Below the pieces are notes generated by a model that had not been told where the DNA came from, searched no databases, and worked only from the letters and a program-made list of their open reading frames with translations. A stretch of 64,000 bases of DNA, from positions 60,574,001 through 60,638,000 of the forward strand of contig OX597833.1 in the NCBI GenBank assembly GCA_951406725.2, read 5' to 3'. Positions within the stretch are counted from its first letter, which is position 1. Each line of letters starts with the position of its first letter. The translations under genes were made by a program, and so were the position numbers. Source of the stretch: Octopus vulgaris (lineage: Eukaryota). Below are positions 13,201-26,420 of the stretch, one piece after another.

Positions 13201-13778
13201 CACCAGTTATCATGTCAGTAGTATTAAATGCTGACAGAAAGAGATAGTATAGATATACGCCAGAAAAGGTCTTCAAAATGGTAATGCAACCAAATTCTGG
13301 AATATGCTAATAAACATATAGAGTGAGACTGAAGACAATTAACCAGAAATTGTTATCAAGGGCCACTAAGAAAAGAAATGCCTCCTAATTCAGTGTCTCA
13401 ATCCCCGCAGATGATAATGTACTTCTCAAAGAAATGGAAAAATTATACAAATATATATGAAGATCTGGAAATAGAGATAATCTGAATGCAGGACCTGTAA
13501 ACAGAAACAACCCCTGTAATAATAGATGCTTTGGGGATGATCAAAACCTTACATGGACAAATGCGTAGTCAAAACCCAGGGATTTTCAAACATGCATAAT
13601 TAGAAAATAGCATTACTAAGCATTGCAAAGACATAATATAGAATACAATTACTACAGTAAAACTAACAAAACCAACACATTACACAGACACAAGAAGGAC
13701 AGAGGTAGTCAGTAATGCAGTGAAAACACACACAACTACTAAGAAATGGTAGTGGTGCAAGTCACAGTAGTAGTTTCT

Positions 13779-14196
13779 TATTTCTTTATTGCTCAAAAGG
13801 AGCGAAACATAGAGGGGACAAACAAGGACAGACAAACGGATTAAGTTGATCATATCGACCCCAGTGCGTAACTGGTACTTATTCAATTGACCTCGAAAGG
13901 ATGAAAGGCAAAGTCGACCTCGGCGGGAATTTGAACTCAGAACGTAAAGACAGATGAAATACCTATTTCTTTATTACCCACAAGGGGCTAAACACAGAGG
14001 GGACAAACAAGGACAGACATAAGCATTAAGTCGATTACATCGACCCCAGTGCGTAATTGGTACTTAATTTATCGACCCCGAAAGGATGAAAGGCAAAGTC
14101 GACCTCGGCGGAATTTGAACTCAGAACTCATCAACAGGCGAAATACCACAAAGAATTTCACCCAGCGTGCTAATGTTTCTGCCAGCTCAACACCTT
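13779..14196 (-). mobile_element. SINE-A dimer (head+unit+unit). Others at 39431-39849(+), 40572-40980(-), 50256-50671(+), 52391-52837(+)
   Basis: The same internal junction AAAGAAATAG|GTATTTCRTCT in all five, each with a single TSD-like repeat around the whole dimer. Confidence 0.9.
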
Positions 14197-14833
14197 ACCA
14201 TAGTAGTAGTTTCTAACACAGAGTATGGCCTAAAGTTTTGGAAACAGGAGAGATTAGTCAACTGCATCGACCCTCACTGTATAACTGGTATTTCATTTTA
14301 TTGACTAAAGAAGGAGGAAAGGCAAAGGTGACCTTGGTGGGATTCAACTTTTGCTTCTTGCCTTGAATTTTGTATCTTTTGTCAATAAAATAAAGGCAAG
14401 TACTGTCAACCCCACCTACCATGAAATACAGAAAGCCTGTGTCTAAGTTAGAAATCATTATTATTACATTATTGTGTTGCCTTGTAAAGAACTCCATTTG
14501 CTGAGACCCCCTTCGGTCATGACTGACCGTGGGATTGCACCTAGAAAGTTACCCTCCAAGGCACAAGTCCGGCCAAGGTTGTTCTGGAAGACCAGCAATC
14601 GCCCATGCATACCAGTATCCCCTCTCCACGCCACCAGTGTTATCCAAGGGAAAGGCAACAGCCAATACAGCTTGGCACCTGTGACGGCGCAACTCATTTC
14701 TACAGCTGAGTGAACTGGAGCAACATGAAAAAGTGTGTTGCTCAAGAACACAACATACAGCCCGGTATGGGATCCTAACTCACAACCTCACAACCATTAG
14801 TCCGACGCTCTAACCACCGAGCCATATTTCAAA

Positions 14834-15340
14834 CACTTTAGCATTCAGATTACTCTGTCAAATGTATTGCTTCTATATTCAAATTGTTTCAAATTAATCA
14901 TGCAATATCTTACAGCTTTGATGGTTTGATGATGTGATAGTTAATTTTTGAGAATGTCAGTGTAGGATAGGTGTGAGAGGCTTGATATGGCCCGCCTGAA
15001 TGTAAAACATGTAGAATATTTGGGCCAGATACAGCCAGTTTAAATGTTATAGGGTTAAGGTGAGGGTACCTGAAGTTGGTTGATTGCAAATATAAAGATT
15101 CCTGAAGAGGACTACATTAACCCTTTAGCATTTAAACCAGTCATATCAGGCCCAAATATTTTACCTGTTTTATGTTCAAACCAGTCAGATCCAGTTTCTC
15201 ACACCCACTGTACAATGTCATTCTAAAAATAAATAATTACAGCTTCGAAATCCCAATGCTACAAGACGATGCATGGTTAATTCAAAACAATGTGAATAAA
15301 TAAGCATTACATTTGACAGACTAATTTGAATGCTAAAGGA
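14834..15340. mobile_element. Two copies of a second piggyBac-type MITE in inverted orientation (~14834-15054 and 15121-15340)
   Basis: TTAA-CCCTTTAGCATT...AATGCTAAAGGA-TTAA; the first copy is its decayed reverse complement. Confidence 0.75.
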
Positions 15341-15884
15341 TTAAACTCCACTATCTGCTTTTGTAGGGTTTCTACAGCTGGATGCCTTTCCTAACACCAA
15401 CCACTCAACAGAGTCTAATGGGTACATTTTTTCATGACACTAGCACTAGTGAGATCACCTTGCAACTTCCAAGACTAAGGACTTACAGTGGATCCTATAA
15501 GTAAGAAAAATAGAAGAGGGAAGGTGCATGATATTCTAGATGGATGGAAGAGGGAAGTTAAACTAAGAGGAGAGAATCAGATCTATAGTTGTGAGAGAGT
15601 CATCGTCGTTTAATCATTTAACGTCCGCTTTCCATGCTAGCATGGGTTGGACGATTTTGACTGGGGGCTGGCGAACCAGATGGCTGCACCAGGCTCCAAT
15701 CTTGATTTGGCAGAGTTTCTACAGCGGGATGCCCTTCCTAATGCCAACCACTCCAAGAGTGTAGTGGGTGCTTTTACATGCCACTGGCACGGGGACCAGT
15801 CAGGTGGTACGAGGTCGTTGCCAGAGTAGACACGGAAAATTTTAAAAGATGATCGAAGTGAATAAAAATTATAAAAATATATAA

Positions 15885-16360
15885 GGATATTGTTAATAAT
15901 TTACAATAATATCAGTGGCTAGCATGCATAAAAGAACCATAGAGGCAAAATTATTAATTAATAATGAAGGGTACTACTTGTAGCACCAGCTTGCTAAAAA
16001 TAGCAGTCAAAACGACTCAAAACCACAGTTTTCACTTGTGCACAAGGGGAAAACCAAGGGAACTGGCCTTGGGTCAGTATTACTCACTGACAAGAACAAA
16101 GTGATCAGTCACAAAGTTCGAAATCATTGTGATTTGGGCATGTTTGATTTTCATTTTCAATTCTTTGCGTCTATGATACCGAATCTTATACTTTACTGCG
16201 TGTTCCCTCGATTTCATCCTTGTGTACAATTGAATGACTGCTATTTTTAGCAAGCTGGTGCTACAAGTAGTACCCTTCATTATTAATTAATAATTTTGCC
16301 TTTATGGTTCTTTTACACATGCTAGCCACTGATATTATTGTAAACTATTAACAATAACCT
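15885..16360. mobile_element. Inverted-repeat element (~125-bp arms) with an internal hammerhead-like motif at 16084-16132
   Basis: Arms 15885-16009 and 16235-16360 are reverse complements. The interior reads CTGACAA-GAAC..GTTC-GAAA. Confidence 0.7.
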
Positions 16361-16613
16361 TCTATATATATATACAGCTTACAAAAATACAAAACACCGA
16401 TGTTTATCACTTCTGAATGGGATCTAATGCAAGTTATTTCACTTGTGCATGACTTTCGGGAGTTTTAATACCAAGCACATGAGAATATATTCTCTTACAC
16501 CTAGAAGCACAGCCTACCCACAAACTAGCAAAACACATACCTTGTGTGAGTTCAATATTGTTTATATATATATCTTGAGCTGCTTTTAACTCATAATTGA
16601 ATATTCACTTTGT

Positions 16614-16663
<50 letters not shown>

Positions 16664-16925
16664 TAGAAATAGTAAGACAACAAAAGAATGAAAGAGACTT
16701 CGATATTATGTAAATAGAAGAATTTATCTGTAAACAATTATTTGGTAGCCATGATAAAACTCAGAGTTTCAGATGTTGGGGTGGAAATCCACACCGCTGT
16801 CTGCGTGAATTTCCACCCCAACATCCAAAACTCGGAGTTTTATCATGGCTACCGAATAATTGTCACATATTACATTTACAGATATATATATATCATATCC
16901 ATGGTTTTAGCTTGACCATTGCTGG

Positions 16926-17138
16926 AATATATATACACACACACACACACATATACACACATATATATATATACACACACACACATATACACACACACAT
17001 ATATATATATACACACACACATATATATATATATACACACACACATATATATATATACACACATATATATATATACACACACATATATATATATATACAC
17101 ACACATATATATATATACACACACATATATATATATAT

Positions 17139-17235
<97 letters not shown>

Positions 17236-17382
17236 TATATATATATATACACACATATATATATATATACACACACATATATATATATATATACACACAC
17301 ACATATATATATATACACACACATATATATATATATACACACACACATATATATATATATACACACACATATATATATATAT

Positions 17383-17448
<66 letters not shown>
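16926..17448. repeat. Compound (TA)n/(CA)n microsatellite; source of the YI/TH-repeat pseudo-ORFs
   Basis: Read directly from the sequence. Confidence 0.99.
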
Positions 17449-17451
<3 letters not shown>

Positions 17452-18532
17452 TGTATGAGTAAGTGCATGCATGGATGTGTGGTTTAGAAGATTGCTTCTC
17501 AACCATGTGATTTTAGGTTCAGTCTCACTGTATGGCAATTTGGGCGTCTTCTGCTATAGCCCCAGGTTGAACAAAGCTGTGTGGGCACATATTGTAGAGA
17601 GAAGCAGAAACTCATGTCTTAACACCCCTCACTAATTGTAATCAACGACTTCGCTACCATACACACAATGATGTTTGTTTGCAGTTTTTCATGAAAACAT
17701 AGGCGAAGCGGAAAATATTATCAAGTGGATATGTCTCCTTGTTTTCCCATCACACACTAACTGCAAAACAAGCTTTGCTATCACAAAAGTAGTGGCCTTC
17801 ATTTGCAATCTTCCACATAAATAAGTCGTCCAGCGATCGTAGTGTTTAAAAAGACCGGGGTGAGTATTATCTTGCTTGTAAACTGACGAGGATTGGCAAC
17901 AGCAAGAGCATCCGGTCATAGAAAATCTGCCATGACAAATTCTGTCAAACGCGATGATGACATGTTCATATAAACGAGTGTGTGTGTATGTGTATATATA
18001 TCATTTTTGCGTGTACCATCGTTGTCGTTTGAACGTCGGCTCAGACGAGATATGTTGGGGCAGATCTTCTACATCTTGTTGATCTGTTTCCAAGCAAGAG
18101 GATATTTCCCAAAACTCTTTGGACACGAACGGCACAATGGCCGGTAATGTTTTCGCGAAGGATTTCAAACGGATGATACCACTTGTACGACAGTGACTTT
18201 TTGTTTACAATTAAAAGTGTGATGTTGAGACGAGGACGTAACACACATAATAGCATTCGTTCGGTTTCCCCTCAAGGCTTTTGTCAGCCCACAGCTAGAG
18301 TACTAAACACTTGCTCGACGCGGTTGCCGAGCAGTGTGAATGAACCCAAAAGCAGGATTGCCAAAGGAATTTCTTTACTATACAGTTATTATTATTACTC
18401 AGATCTCGGTAATGGAACTCCAGAAAAAGACAACAAACTCATGATACAATATTATTTATATTATAAGAATACATAAGTATATACACATTTGTATAAATAC
18501 GTGTATTCTTATATAAATATCTGAGTGTGTGC

Positions 18533-18563
<31 letters not shown>

Positions 18564-18564
<1 letters not shown>

Positions 18565-18730
18565 CCAGATAGCCGAAGAGATGGTGTTGTGGATTCCCAC
18601 TTCGGCATCTGAAACTCGGAGTTTTATCTTGACTATTGAATAATGGTAACATATTATTTTATAGATAAATTTCCTCTATTTACATAATATTGAGGTCTCT
18701 TTCTTTCTTTTGTTATCTTACCGTTTTACC
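18564..18730 (+). mobile_element. Hammerhead-bearing (Penelope-like pLTR-type) fragment between (TA)n tracts; same family as 16665-16882 and 62541-62810
   Basis: GCCAGATAG-CCGAAGA-GATG...CATCT-GAAA-CTCGGAG-TT-TTATC, followed by the same downstream sequence as 62731-62810. Confidence 0.7.
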
Positions 18731-18731
18731 A

Positions 18732-18795
<64 letters not shown>

Positions 18796-19317
18796 AAGTT
18801 ATGTGCTTGTATAGTATAAATATCGATATATAGATGGGGACAAACCTTCGTTGTTAAACACGTAGTCACATGCATATAATAAAAGGCAAAGATAAATAAT
18901 ATCGAGACATAGAGATAGACATTTTTTTTTTAAATAAAAAGGACATTGAAATAAAGCTGATCTAGGCAACTTCGTGCGTGGTTGCGAGAGGTGTGGACAG
19001 GAAAAACATATTTTGGATTGAATATATTTATCAACTGAGACGAAATTTTGAAATTTTTTTTTTACAGAAATATATATGTCTTTTAAATGATTCGAAAGTG
19101 AAATTTTTTTTTTAAATACCTGTAGGATTTTCGAAGATATTTGATGGAAATTTGATCGAGAAATATCTGAATAAGTTATCAAACGTTGGCACATCGAGTG
19201 ACAAGAGGTGAAATATAACGATAGGCTTTTTTTTTGTTGTTTAGAGGAACTTACGAAGTTTTAGCTTTAAATGACAACCGTAGAAAGACAAGACATTCAT
19301 TCAGGTGCTGTACTTAC

Positions 19318-19320
19318 CAT
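19318..19320 (-). CDS. ARCN1: ARCN1 exon 1 coding part (start codon only), followed by a ~15.9-kb intron
   Basis: Minus strand ...aaacaacaATG|gtaagt: a perfect phase-0 donor that joins to GTT of exon 2 to give MVLLAAA. It lies in a CpG-retaining promoter-like region. Confidence 0.8.
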
Positions 19321-19413
19321 TGTTGTTTATGAGGAGAAAACAATGACAACAAAGAGCCAGACAATTCCAGTATTCTGTGTCTTGGCTCAGATCTCAAGAC
19401 ATACAGTGCTATT

Positions 19414-19497
19414 ATGGCGGAAGCCACGTCAATGAATTAAATACGAAGGTTCGGCGACGAAAAGGGGCTCTTTCGATATTTGCGTTATATATCGATA
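19414..19497 (-). promoter_or_regulatory. Putative ARCN1 proximal promoter: TGACGTGG box, ETS-like CGGAAG and DRE-like TATCGATA
   Basis: CCACGTCA at 19424-19431 (TGACGTGG on minus), GGCGGAAG at 19416-19423 and TATCGATA at 19490-19497, all 100-180 bp upstream of the ATG. Confidence 0.5.
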
Positions 19498-19881
19498 TTT
19501 TTATTAAGCTGGTGATTTGTTTATAATACTTTAATATTAACTGTATGTTTGTTTTGCGTCGAAGGGATGAATGCCAATTTCCTTTTTGCTACGAAAACTA
19601 CAACTGAGTCAGCATTTAGTTTCTTTTGTCTGTTTTTGTTATTTTTTACTCCAAGGGAGATAAATCGGGATTACTGTCAACGTCGACAAAATTGTTGTCA
19701 TTTCTGAGTCAGTTTTTAGTTAAGAAAAAAAAAAAAAAAAAATTCTTTTATTGGTCACAGGGGCTGACTAAATAAAAACTACAGTAATTAAACAAACCAT
19801 ACTTTTAGCCACTAACTGGTAATACATTAGTCGTATACTATATCAACACTATAAGAGCAAATATTAAAAAATAACCCATTC

Positions 19882-20292
19882 GGATCTTTTCGGTTTGAAC
19901 GGCAGTTTTTTAAAATATTTTCCACGTAACTAAACACTTTTAAACTTCGTATACTGGTAGAATGTATTTATAAAACATCCTTTTCTCTTGGCTTTATTGA
20001 GAAAATTCTATAGTTTGTAAGATATTTGTTGTTTTTTTTCTGCAATTTCAACCAATCAGTGACGTCCATTGAGGTAAAAAAACATTCTGTGCCGTATAAA
20101 TATGTCCCTCGTTTAAGAATCAGATTGGGTTTATTTACATTTCTGAAGAAAAAAAAGATACCCTTCCTCTCACCCCCACCCCTAACCCTAAAACAGATTG
20201 AAATGCAATAGATCGATACTAGGGTCATAATTATGGGTGACAATTTCATATGACACCGCTAGAAAAAACTGCCGTTCAAACCGAAGAGATCC
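19882..20292. mobile_element. MITE with ~30-bp TIRs and internal CCCTAA hexamers. Related element at 57336-57541; a further TTAGGG-bearing IR element at ~63150-63305
   Basis: GGATCTTTTCGGTTTGAACGGCAGTTTTT / AAAAACTGCCGTTCAAACCGAAGAGATCC. Shared interior TTTACATTTCTGAAGAAAAAA..CCCCTAACCCTAA. Confidence 0.8.
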
Positions 20293-23108
20293 AAAATACA
20301 TTAAACCGATTTAATGGAATGAGAAATTGTGTTAGTTTAATCGAATGAAACTTAGGGATGATACTTTCAAAATTTAAAGCAAGCGCGGACAGAGCCGTCG
20401 GTCATTTGAGCACTGACCAAGAGCCCGGAGCTCTGGGGGACCCCCACTCTACATGTTAACTCTGCTAAAACACATTCAAAGGGGCCCCGTAAACAGTTAT
20501 GCAGGAGGGTCCTTAATACTCTCAGTTTGCCCCTGTATTAAAATATATATGAAAAAACGCTTCAATACAATATTCAGTCGTACACAATATAAAATTAAGA
20601 ATATGGTATGCAAAAGGTAAATAATCTCATTGTTAGCAAGCTGAGACTGTTTATGCAGAGCATGACCATCCAGTAATCAGATGGTCTTTCTAGGGTATCA
20701 GTGGCCAATGGTTTGAAGTTCATTAATAGGGCATATCTTTTGTGCAACATTGCTATAGATCAGTTTACCTGTTGATGGATTCTCCCAGTGAGCAGTTGGT
20801 GAACTTTCAGCTTAGTATATGGTGTCTGCTTGACTACATGTTTGTGTCTTTATAGTACATGATGATGGAAGCAATATTATCTAGGCATAAGTAGCTATCA
20901 TTAATGTTATGTGCATTCATTGTGTGATCTTTTGATTTTAATAGCAATTCAAAATTTTTTGAGACAAAAATCACAGCTTCCATCTCAGTCATCGTCCAAA
21001 GTGGCCTATACATCTACATGTAACAATATTATTCAGTGATCTTTTTAATTATTCTCTATTTTCTGTGTACTTTTGCATGTTTGCATGTTCAAATATGCAA
21101 ATATTAGCCCTTGTGTCTGACTCTTTGGCTCTTATTGACATTCCTTCATGAATCATATCACAATAAAAAAGACAGATGCTTTCTTGGACTGAATTAAACT
21201 TAATTATATTTTAGATAGGGAAATAAAATTTCCTCATAATAAATAATAATATTTGTTAGATAAAGTAGTGCAAAAACGTCTGTTTATTTTTAGTGTTGAG
21301 TGGTAATATAGCACTGTTAATTGCTTTGATGTGTGGCTGTTGTGTTATTAGAACCTTTGTCATTTTTATATCTAAGCAAGATATATATTTTTTTCTCTCT
21401 CTAGTTTCAGCTCAGAGTTGTGGCCATGCTGATGCACTGCGGGTTTTTTTTTATCTTTTACAGCAGGGTTCGCCCCCGCCCCCTACCGGAGCCTCGTGTA
21501 GCTTCTAGGTGTTTTCGCTCAATAATAACTCACAACGCCTGGTCTGGGAATCCTACGACTGCGAGTCCGCTGCCCTAACCACTGGGCCATTGCGCCTCCA
21601 GATATTATAAACAACTTGTTAATTCTTTATTGCATATAATGGATATATGACAGTTCATTAGAAAGCTCCTTTGTTGTGGCTATGAAAGATGCTGAATATT
21701 CTTAGCATTTGAACATCTTTGTAAAGTTGTAGTGGAGGCACATGGCTTAGTGGTTAGGGTGGTTAAGGTGTTGGATTCATGATCATAAGTTTGTCGTTTT
21801 GATTCCTGGACCAGATGATGTGTTGTGTTCTTCACCAAAACATTTCGTTTCATACTGCTCCAGTCCACTCAGCTGGTAAATATGAGTAGTCCTATGGCGG
21901 ACCAGTGTTTCATCCGGGGAGGAATACAAGTGCCAGAGAAACTGTGAAACTGGCCCTATGTTCTCTATGGAGTAATGTAGTCTAACTATAGACTCAATGG
22001 ATTCTGACTGAACAGATTTGGATGAGGTAAGTATTCACAAGGGTGATGGTACTGTGAAAGAGACCAACAGACAAGTAGAAGAGAAACATTGTGGTCAGGA
22101 ATGTAATTTGAAAAGACATCTTTCAGTTGATGCTTCTGGGACAATTAAGGTTCAGCAGATTTAGGCCTGACAGACATTAGAAATAACCAAAACAATTAAT
22201 CCCTCTTAATGTTTATCATAGCACAGAAAATTTCCACAAACATTATTTGGCTCAATGGATGTTAAAACTGTTTCCTGAAATAAACATGAGCCTAGTGGGC
22301 AAGATCAAGGCAAGGCACTAGAAACAACAGGCTTGATATTGACTCATACTCTTATCATCAGAGAATAAATAATGGAGCTGCTGCCTCAAGATATGTAATA
22401 TTTACTTCATGATATTCAGAACAAGTTTCTTTTTGTCATAGCATTTAATAACAAAAGGAGAAATAACTCAAGCAAAGCATAAGCCAGGGTATTTTACATT
22501 AAAGTATGAATGACACAAAATCGTTTCTATCACTATTGTCTGCAAACGTTCATGTCTTCTTTGCTGTCTGGGGATAAATTCTGCTGTGAATTAAGACTGG
22601 CAAAGATGTTGTAATCTTCTTCATTGAATATGAAGCAAGTGAATCAATAACTAGGTGCAGTGATGATATTGTTGCTGGATGAAACAAACTGGACAATGAA
22701 TGTATTTGGCAATAAGGGTCATCCAGTTGGTTTAGAAGAAGCAGCCAAAATGGTGTGGTACTGTGCAACATCTCAAGAATTGAAGGTTTATGGGGTTTTT
22801 GGACACCAGCCAACAAGTACTGGTAGTCCTTCCACTTGATTTTTAATGGTTAGGATATGGTGCTCATAATCTTGCAATCATGATTTTGATTCTTGGACGG
22901 GGAGGGGGGGATTGTGTTCTTGAGCAAACCACTTCATTTCATACAGTTCCATATTTAAGAGATGAGGCATTATGTGCATTATTTACATTTGACGGATATT
23001 TGTCCTCATCTTGTTTGTTGTTAACACAATGGGCATATGGCGTAGTGGTTAAGAGCGCAGCCTACTAACCCCAAGATTCTGAGTTTGATTCCAAGTAGTG
23101 ACCTGAAC

Positions 23109-23139
<31 letters not shown>

Positions 23140-23186
23140 TTGAAGAATACCTTAGGAATGAGAACCCAGGTTCGAAATTTCCCCAA

Positions 23187-23232
23187 GACATCTGAAGAAG
23201 GCTGGAGGGTATATCAGCCGAAATGTTGTGTT
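23187..23232 (+). ncRNA. Minimal type I hammerhead ribozyme (slightly decayed) in an inverted-repeat element (arms 22982-23029 and 23226-23273)
   Basis: GACAT-CTGAAGA-A-GGCTG-loop-CAGCC-GAAA-TG-TT|GTGTT. GAAATG is likely a decayed GAAACG. Confidence 0.65.
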
Positions 23233-23499
23233 AACAACAAACAAGATGAAGACAAATATCCATCGAATGTAAAAAATGCTCTTCATTTCATGTTGTTCCA
23301 GTTCACCAAACCGTAAATAAGTTACCCCGTGATGGACACACCATAGAAGCCAAATAACTGACCCTATGTGTCAGAACTCAAGACAGTAATGCCCAAGGTC
23401 ATGAATTCATGGTATAGACATATCAGCTGAATTCAGATGACCCAAAGGCAGAGTGCTGTAGGACAAAGAATCCGAACAAGTAGAGGTCATATGTATTCC

Positions 23500-23847
23500 A
23501 TTCAAATTCTGGCACAAAGCCAGCAAGTTTGGTGGAGGGGGTAAGTCGATTACATTGACCCCCCCGATGTTCAACTTATACTTATTTGATCCATCTTGAA
23601 AAGATGAAAGGCAAAATCAACCCCAGCAGAATTTGAACAGATGACAGATGAAATGCCACTAAGCATGTTGCCCAGCGTGCTAATGATTCTGCCAGCTCAC
23701 TGCCTTGTGAAAGTCATATATATTGAACCTGCTGACTGAGTTACTTGGGGTTTTGAGGGGAAGGGCAAGTAGTTACCCATGACTCAAGTACTTGACTGGC
23801 ACTTATTTTATGGCCCCTGAAAGGAGGAAAGGCTAATTCAACCTTGG

Positions 23848-23907
<60 letters not shown>

Positions 23908-25769
23908 TTCATGAATTTATTTATTCATTTTTTTAAAAATACATATTTTACCTGTGAATTTGCATGTGTAATCTGAGAATGCATACAATGAGCTTCTCTG
24001 CCCTAGGTGTATGGAAAACACTCGGTGAGAAACAGAAGAAAATTTGAAGAAAGAAGGAAAATAATAATAATAATAATGACAATAATTATCCTTTCTACTA
24101 TAGGCACAAGGCCTTAAATTTGGGGGAAGGGGAATAGTCCCCAGTGCGTAACTGGTATTTATTTAATTGACTTGAAAAGATGAACGGCAAAGTTGACCTT
24201 GGTGGAATTTGAACTCAGAATGCGAAGACGGACAAAATGCTGCTAAGCATTTTGCCTAGCATACTAACGGCTCTGCTAGCTATAATAATAATAATAATAA
24301 CAATGGCTTCAAATTCTGGCACAAGGCCAGCAATTTCCAAGAAGTGGGCAAGTCAATTACATCGACTCCAGTCCTCAATTGATAATTTATTCATTGACCC
24401 AAAAATGATGAATGGCAAAGCTGATTTTAGCAGAATTTGAACTCAGAACGCTAAGATTAATAAAATGACTCTAAGTATTTTGCCCAGCTTGCTAACAATT
24501 CTGCCAATTAGCCGCCTTAGTAGTACAAGTAATAATAATAATATTAATAATAATATTGATAATGATAAGAGGGAAGTATCAATCACCTTTTTGTGTGAGT
24601 GCAGTTTACTAGCACAAAAAGAGTATAAACACAGATGTGTGTGTGTGTGTAGGAAAAAGAGTGCCAAGCATGTTGCTTCAAGACAACAGAAAAGTGGTAT
24701 GACCTTGAACCAGAAGCTGTGATAGAAAATGAGAATTACAAGTTGTTGTGGGATTTTCCCATAAAGACTGACCATACTATTGAAGCAAGAAGACTGGATA
24801 TGATCATAGAGGACAACAAAATAAACAAACTGAATAAGATCATAGATTTTGCAGTTCCCTATGGTAGCAGAGTCAATATCAATGAAATGAAAGAAAAATT
24901 GAGATACATCAGGATCTAAGCCAGAGAGCTGAGGAGACTGCAGAACACCTGGACAACAATTATATTACCTGTAGTTATAGATGCACTAGGTACAACACTC
25001 AAAATTCTACCAAAAAAAAAAAAAAACTGAAAGAAATTGGAATTGAAAGTCACATTGTTGACCTGCAGAAAAGTTCCAACCTGTCTTTTCCAAGGGTCCT
25101 AAGGAAGATTCTTGGGATTTGAGGAAACTTGTCACCAAACCTCAAGATAAAATACCTGCTAACTAAATTAGCATGCACCAGCATAATAATAATAATGATA
25201 ATAATTCGTTAGTTTATTGGCCACAAGGGCTAACAAAAATCAATTAAAACATAAAGGGACAAAACACAGGACGAAAGTTACAAAGGGTTTTGTTCATTTG
25301 AAAAAGGCCCGTGTACAAAAGCATAATAATAATAATAATCCTTTCCACTATAGGCACAAGGCCTGAAATTTTGGGGGAGGGCAGTAATCAATTTCATTGA
25401 CTCCAGTACTCAACTGGTACTCATTTTATGGACCCAAAAGGATGAAAGGCAAAGTCGACCTGGACAGAACTTGAACTCAGAACATAAGGAAAGACTAAAA
25501 GCTGCCAGGCATTTTGCCCAGCACTCTAACGATTCTGCCAGCTCACCGCTTTAATGATAATAATAATAATCCTTTCCACTATAGGCACAAGGCCTGAAAT
25601 TTTGGGGGAGGGCGTTAATCAATTTCATCCAGTACTCCAGTACTCCAGTACTCAACTGGTACTTATTTTATGGACCCAAAGTCGATCTCAGTGGAATTTG
25701 AACTCAGAACGGATGAAATGCCGCTTAGCATTTTGTCTAGCGTGCTAACAATTCTACCAACTCACCGCC

Positions 25770-25807
<38 letters not shown>

Positions 25808-26420
25808 CTTTGGCATAAGCCCTGCAATTTTGAGGGAGCGGGTAAGTGGATTATGTTGACCCTAATGCTTGCCTGGTACATATTTTATCGACCCCAAAAG
25901 AATGAAAGGCAAAGTAGACCTCAGTAAGATTTGAACTCAGAACCGTAACTATATCCCGCAAGGCATTTTTTTCCGACGCCCAAACGATTCAGCTAAACCT
26001 CATTTCCAATATGGGTTCAAGGCCAGGAAAATTTGGGAAGAAAATGTATAATCGATTATATCGATTCTGTTACACGACTGGTTAATAATTTTATCGACCC
26101 CCAAAAGGATGAAAGGCAAAGTAGACCTCAGCAAGATTTGAACTCAGAACCGTAACTATATCCCGCAAGGCATTTTTTTCCGACGCTCAAACGATTCTGC
26201 TAATCCCCATTTCCAAGGCCAGGAAAATTTGGGAAGAAAATGTATAATCGATTATATCGATTCTGTTACACGACTGGTCAATAATTTTATCGACCCAGGA
26301 TGGATGACAGAAAACTGCACCCCTCACCGTGATTTGAACTCAGAACGTACAAGAACGCGACTGAATACTGCAAATCATTGTTGTCCGACCCTCTACCAAT
26401 TCTACCATCCACTCCCCTCA
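23500..26420 (-). mobile_element. Cluster of about 9 SINE-A2 copies (SINE-A head and body with the alternative tail ...AAATTTCAGGCCTTGTGCCTATAGTRGAAAGG(ATT)n)
   Basis: Copies start at ~23500, 23745, 24088, 24300, 25338, 25569, 25808, 26010 and 26215, all minus strand, mostly separated by (AAT)n. Dispersed copies at ~6831, 14215, 39060 and 57996(+). Confidence 0.8.
24585..25190 (+). mobile_element. 3' fragment of a restriction-like-endonuclease non-LTR element (R4/Dong-like), flanked by (AAT)n
   Basis: ENENYKLLWDFPIKTDHTIEARRLDMII...IIDFAVP matches the RLE domain pattern of R4-clade elements. Confidence 0.7.

Noticed and set aside
16876-17538. Long ORFs (179-220 aa) rich in YI/CV/TH repeats; similar ones at 27369-27877, 28821-29253, 44740-45000 and 60090-60472
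   Set aside because: They are translations of (TA)n/(CA)n/(TG)n microsatellites that lack stop codons.
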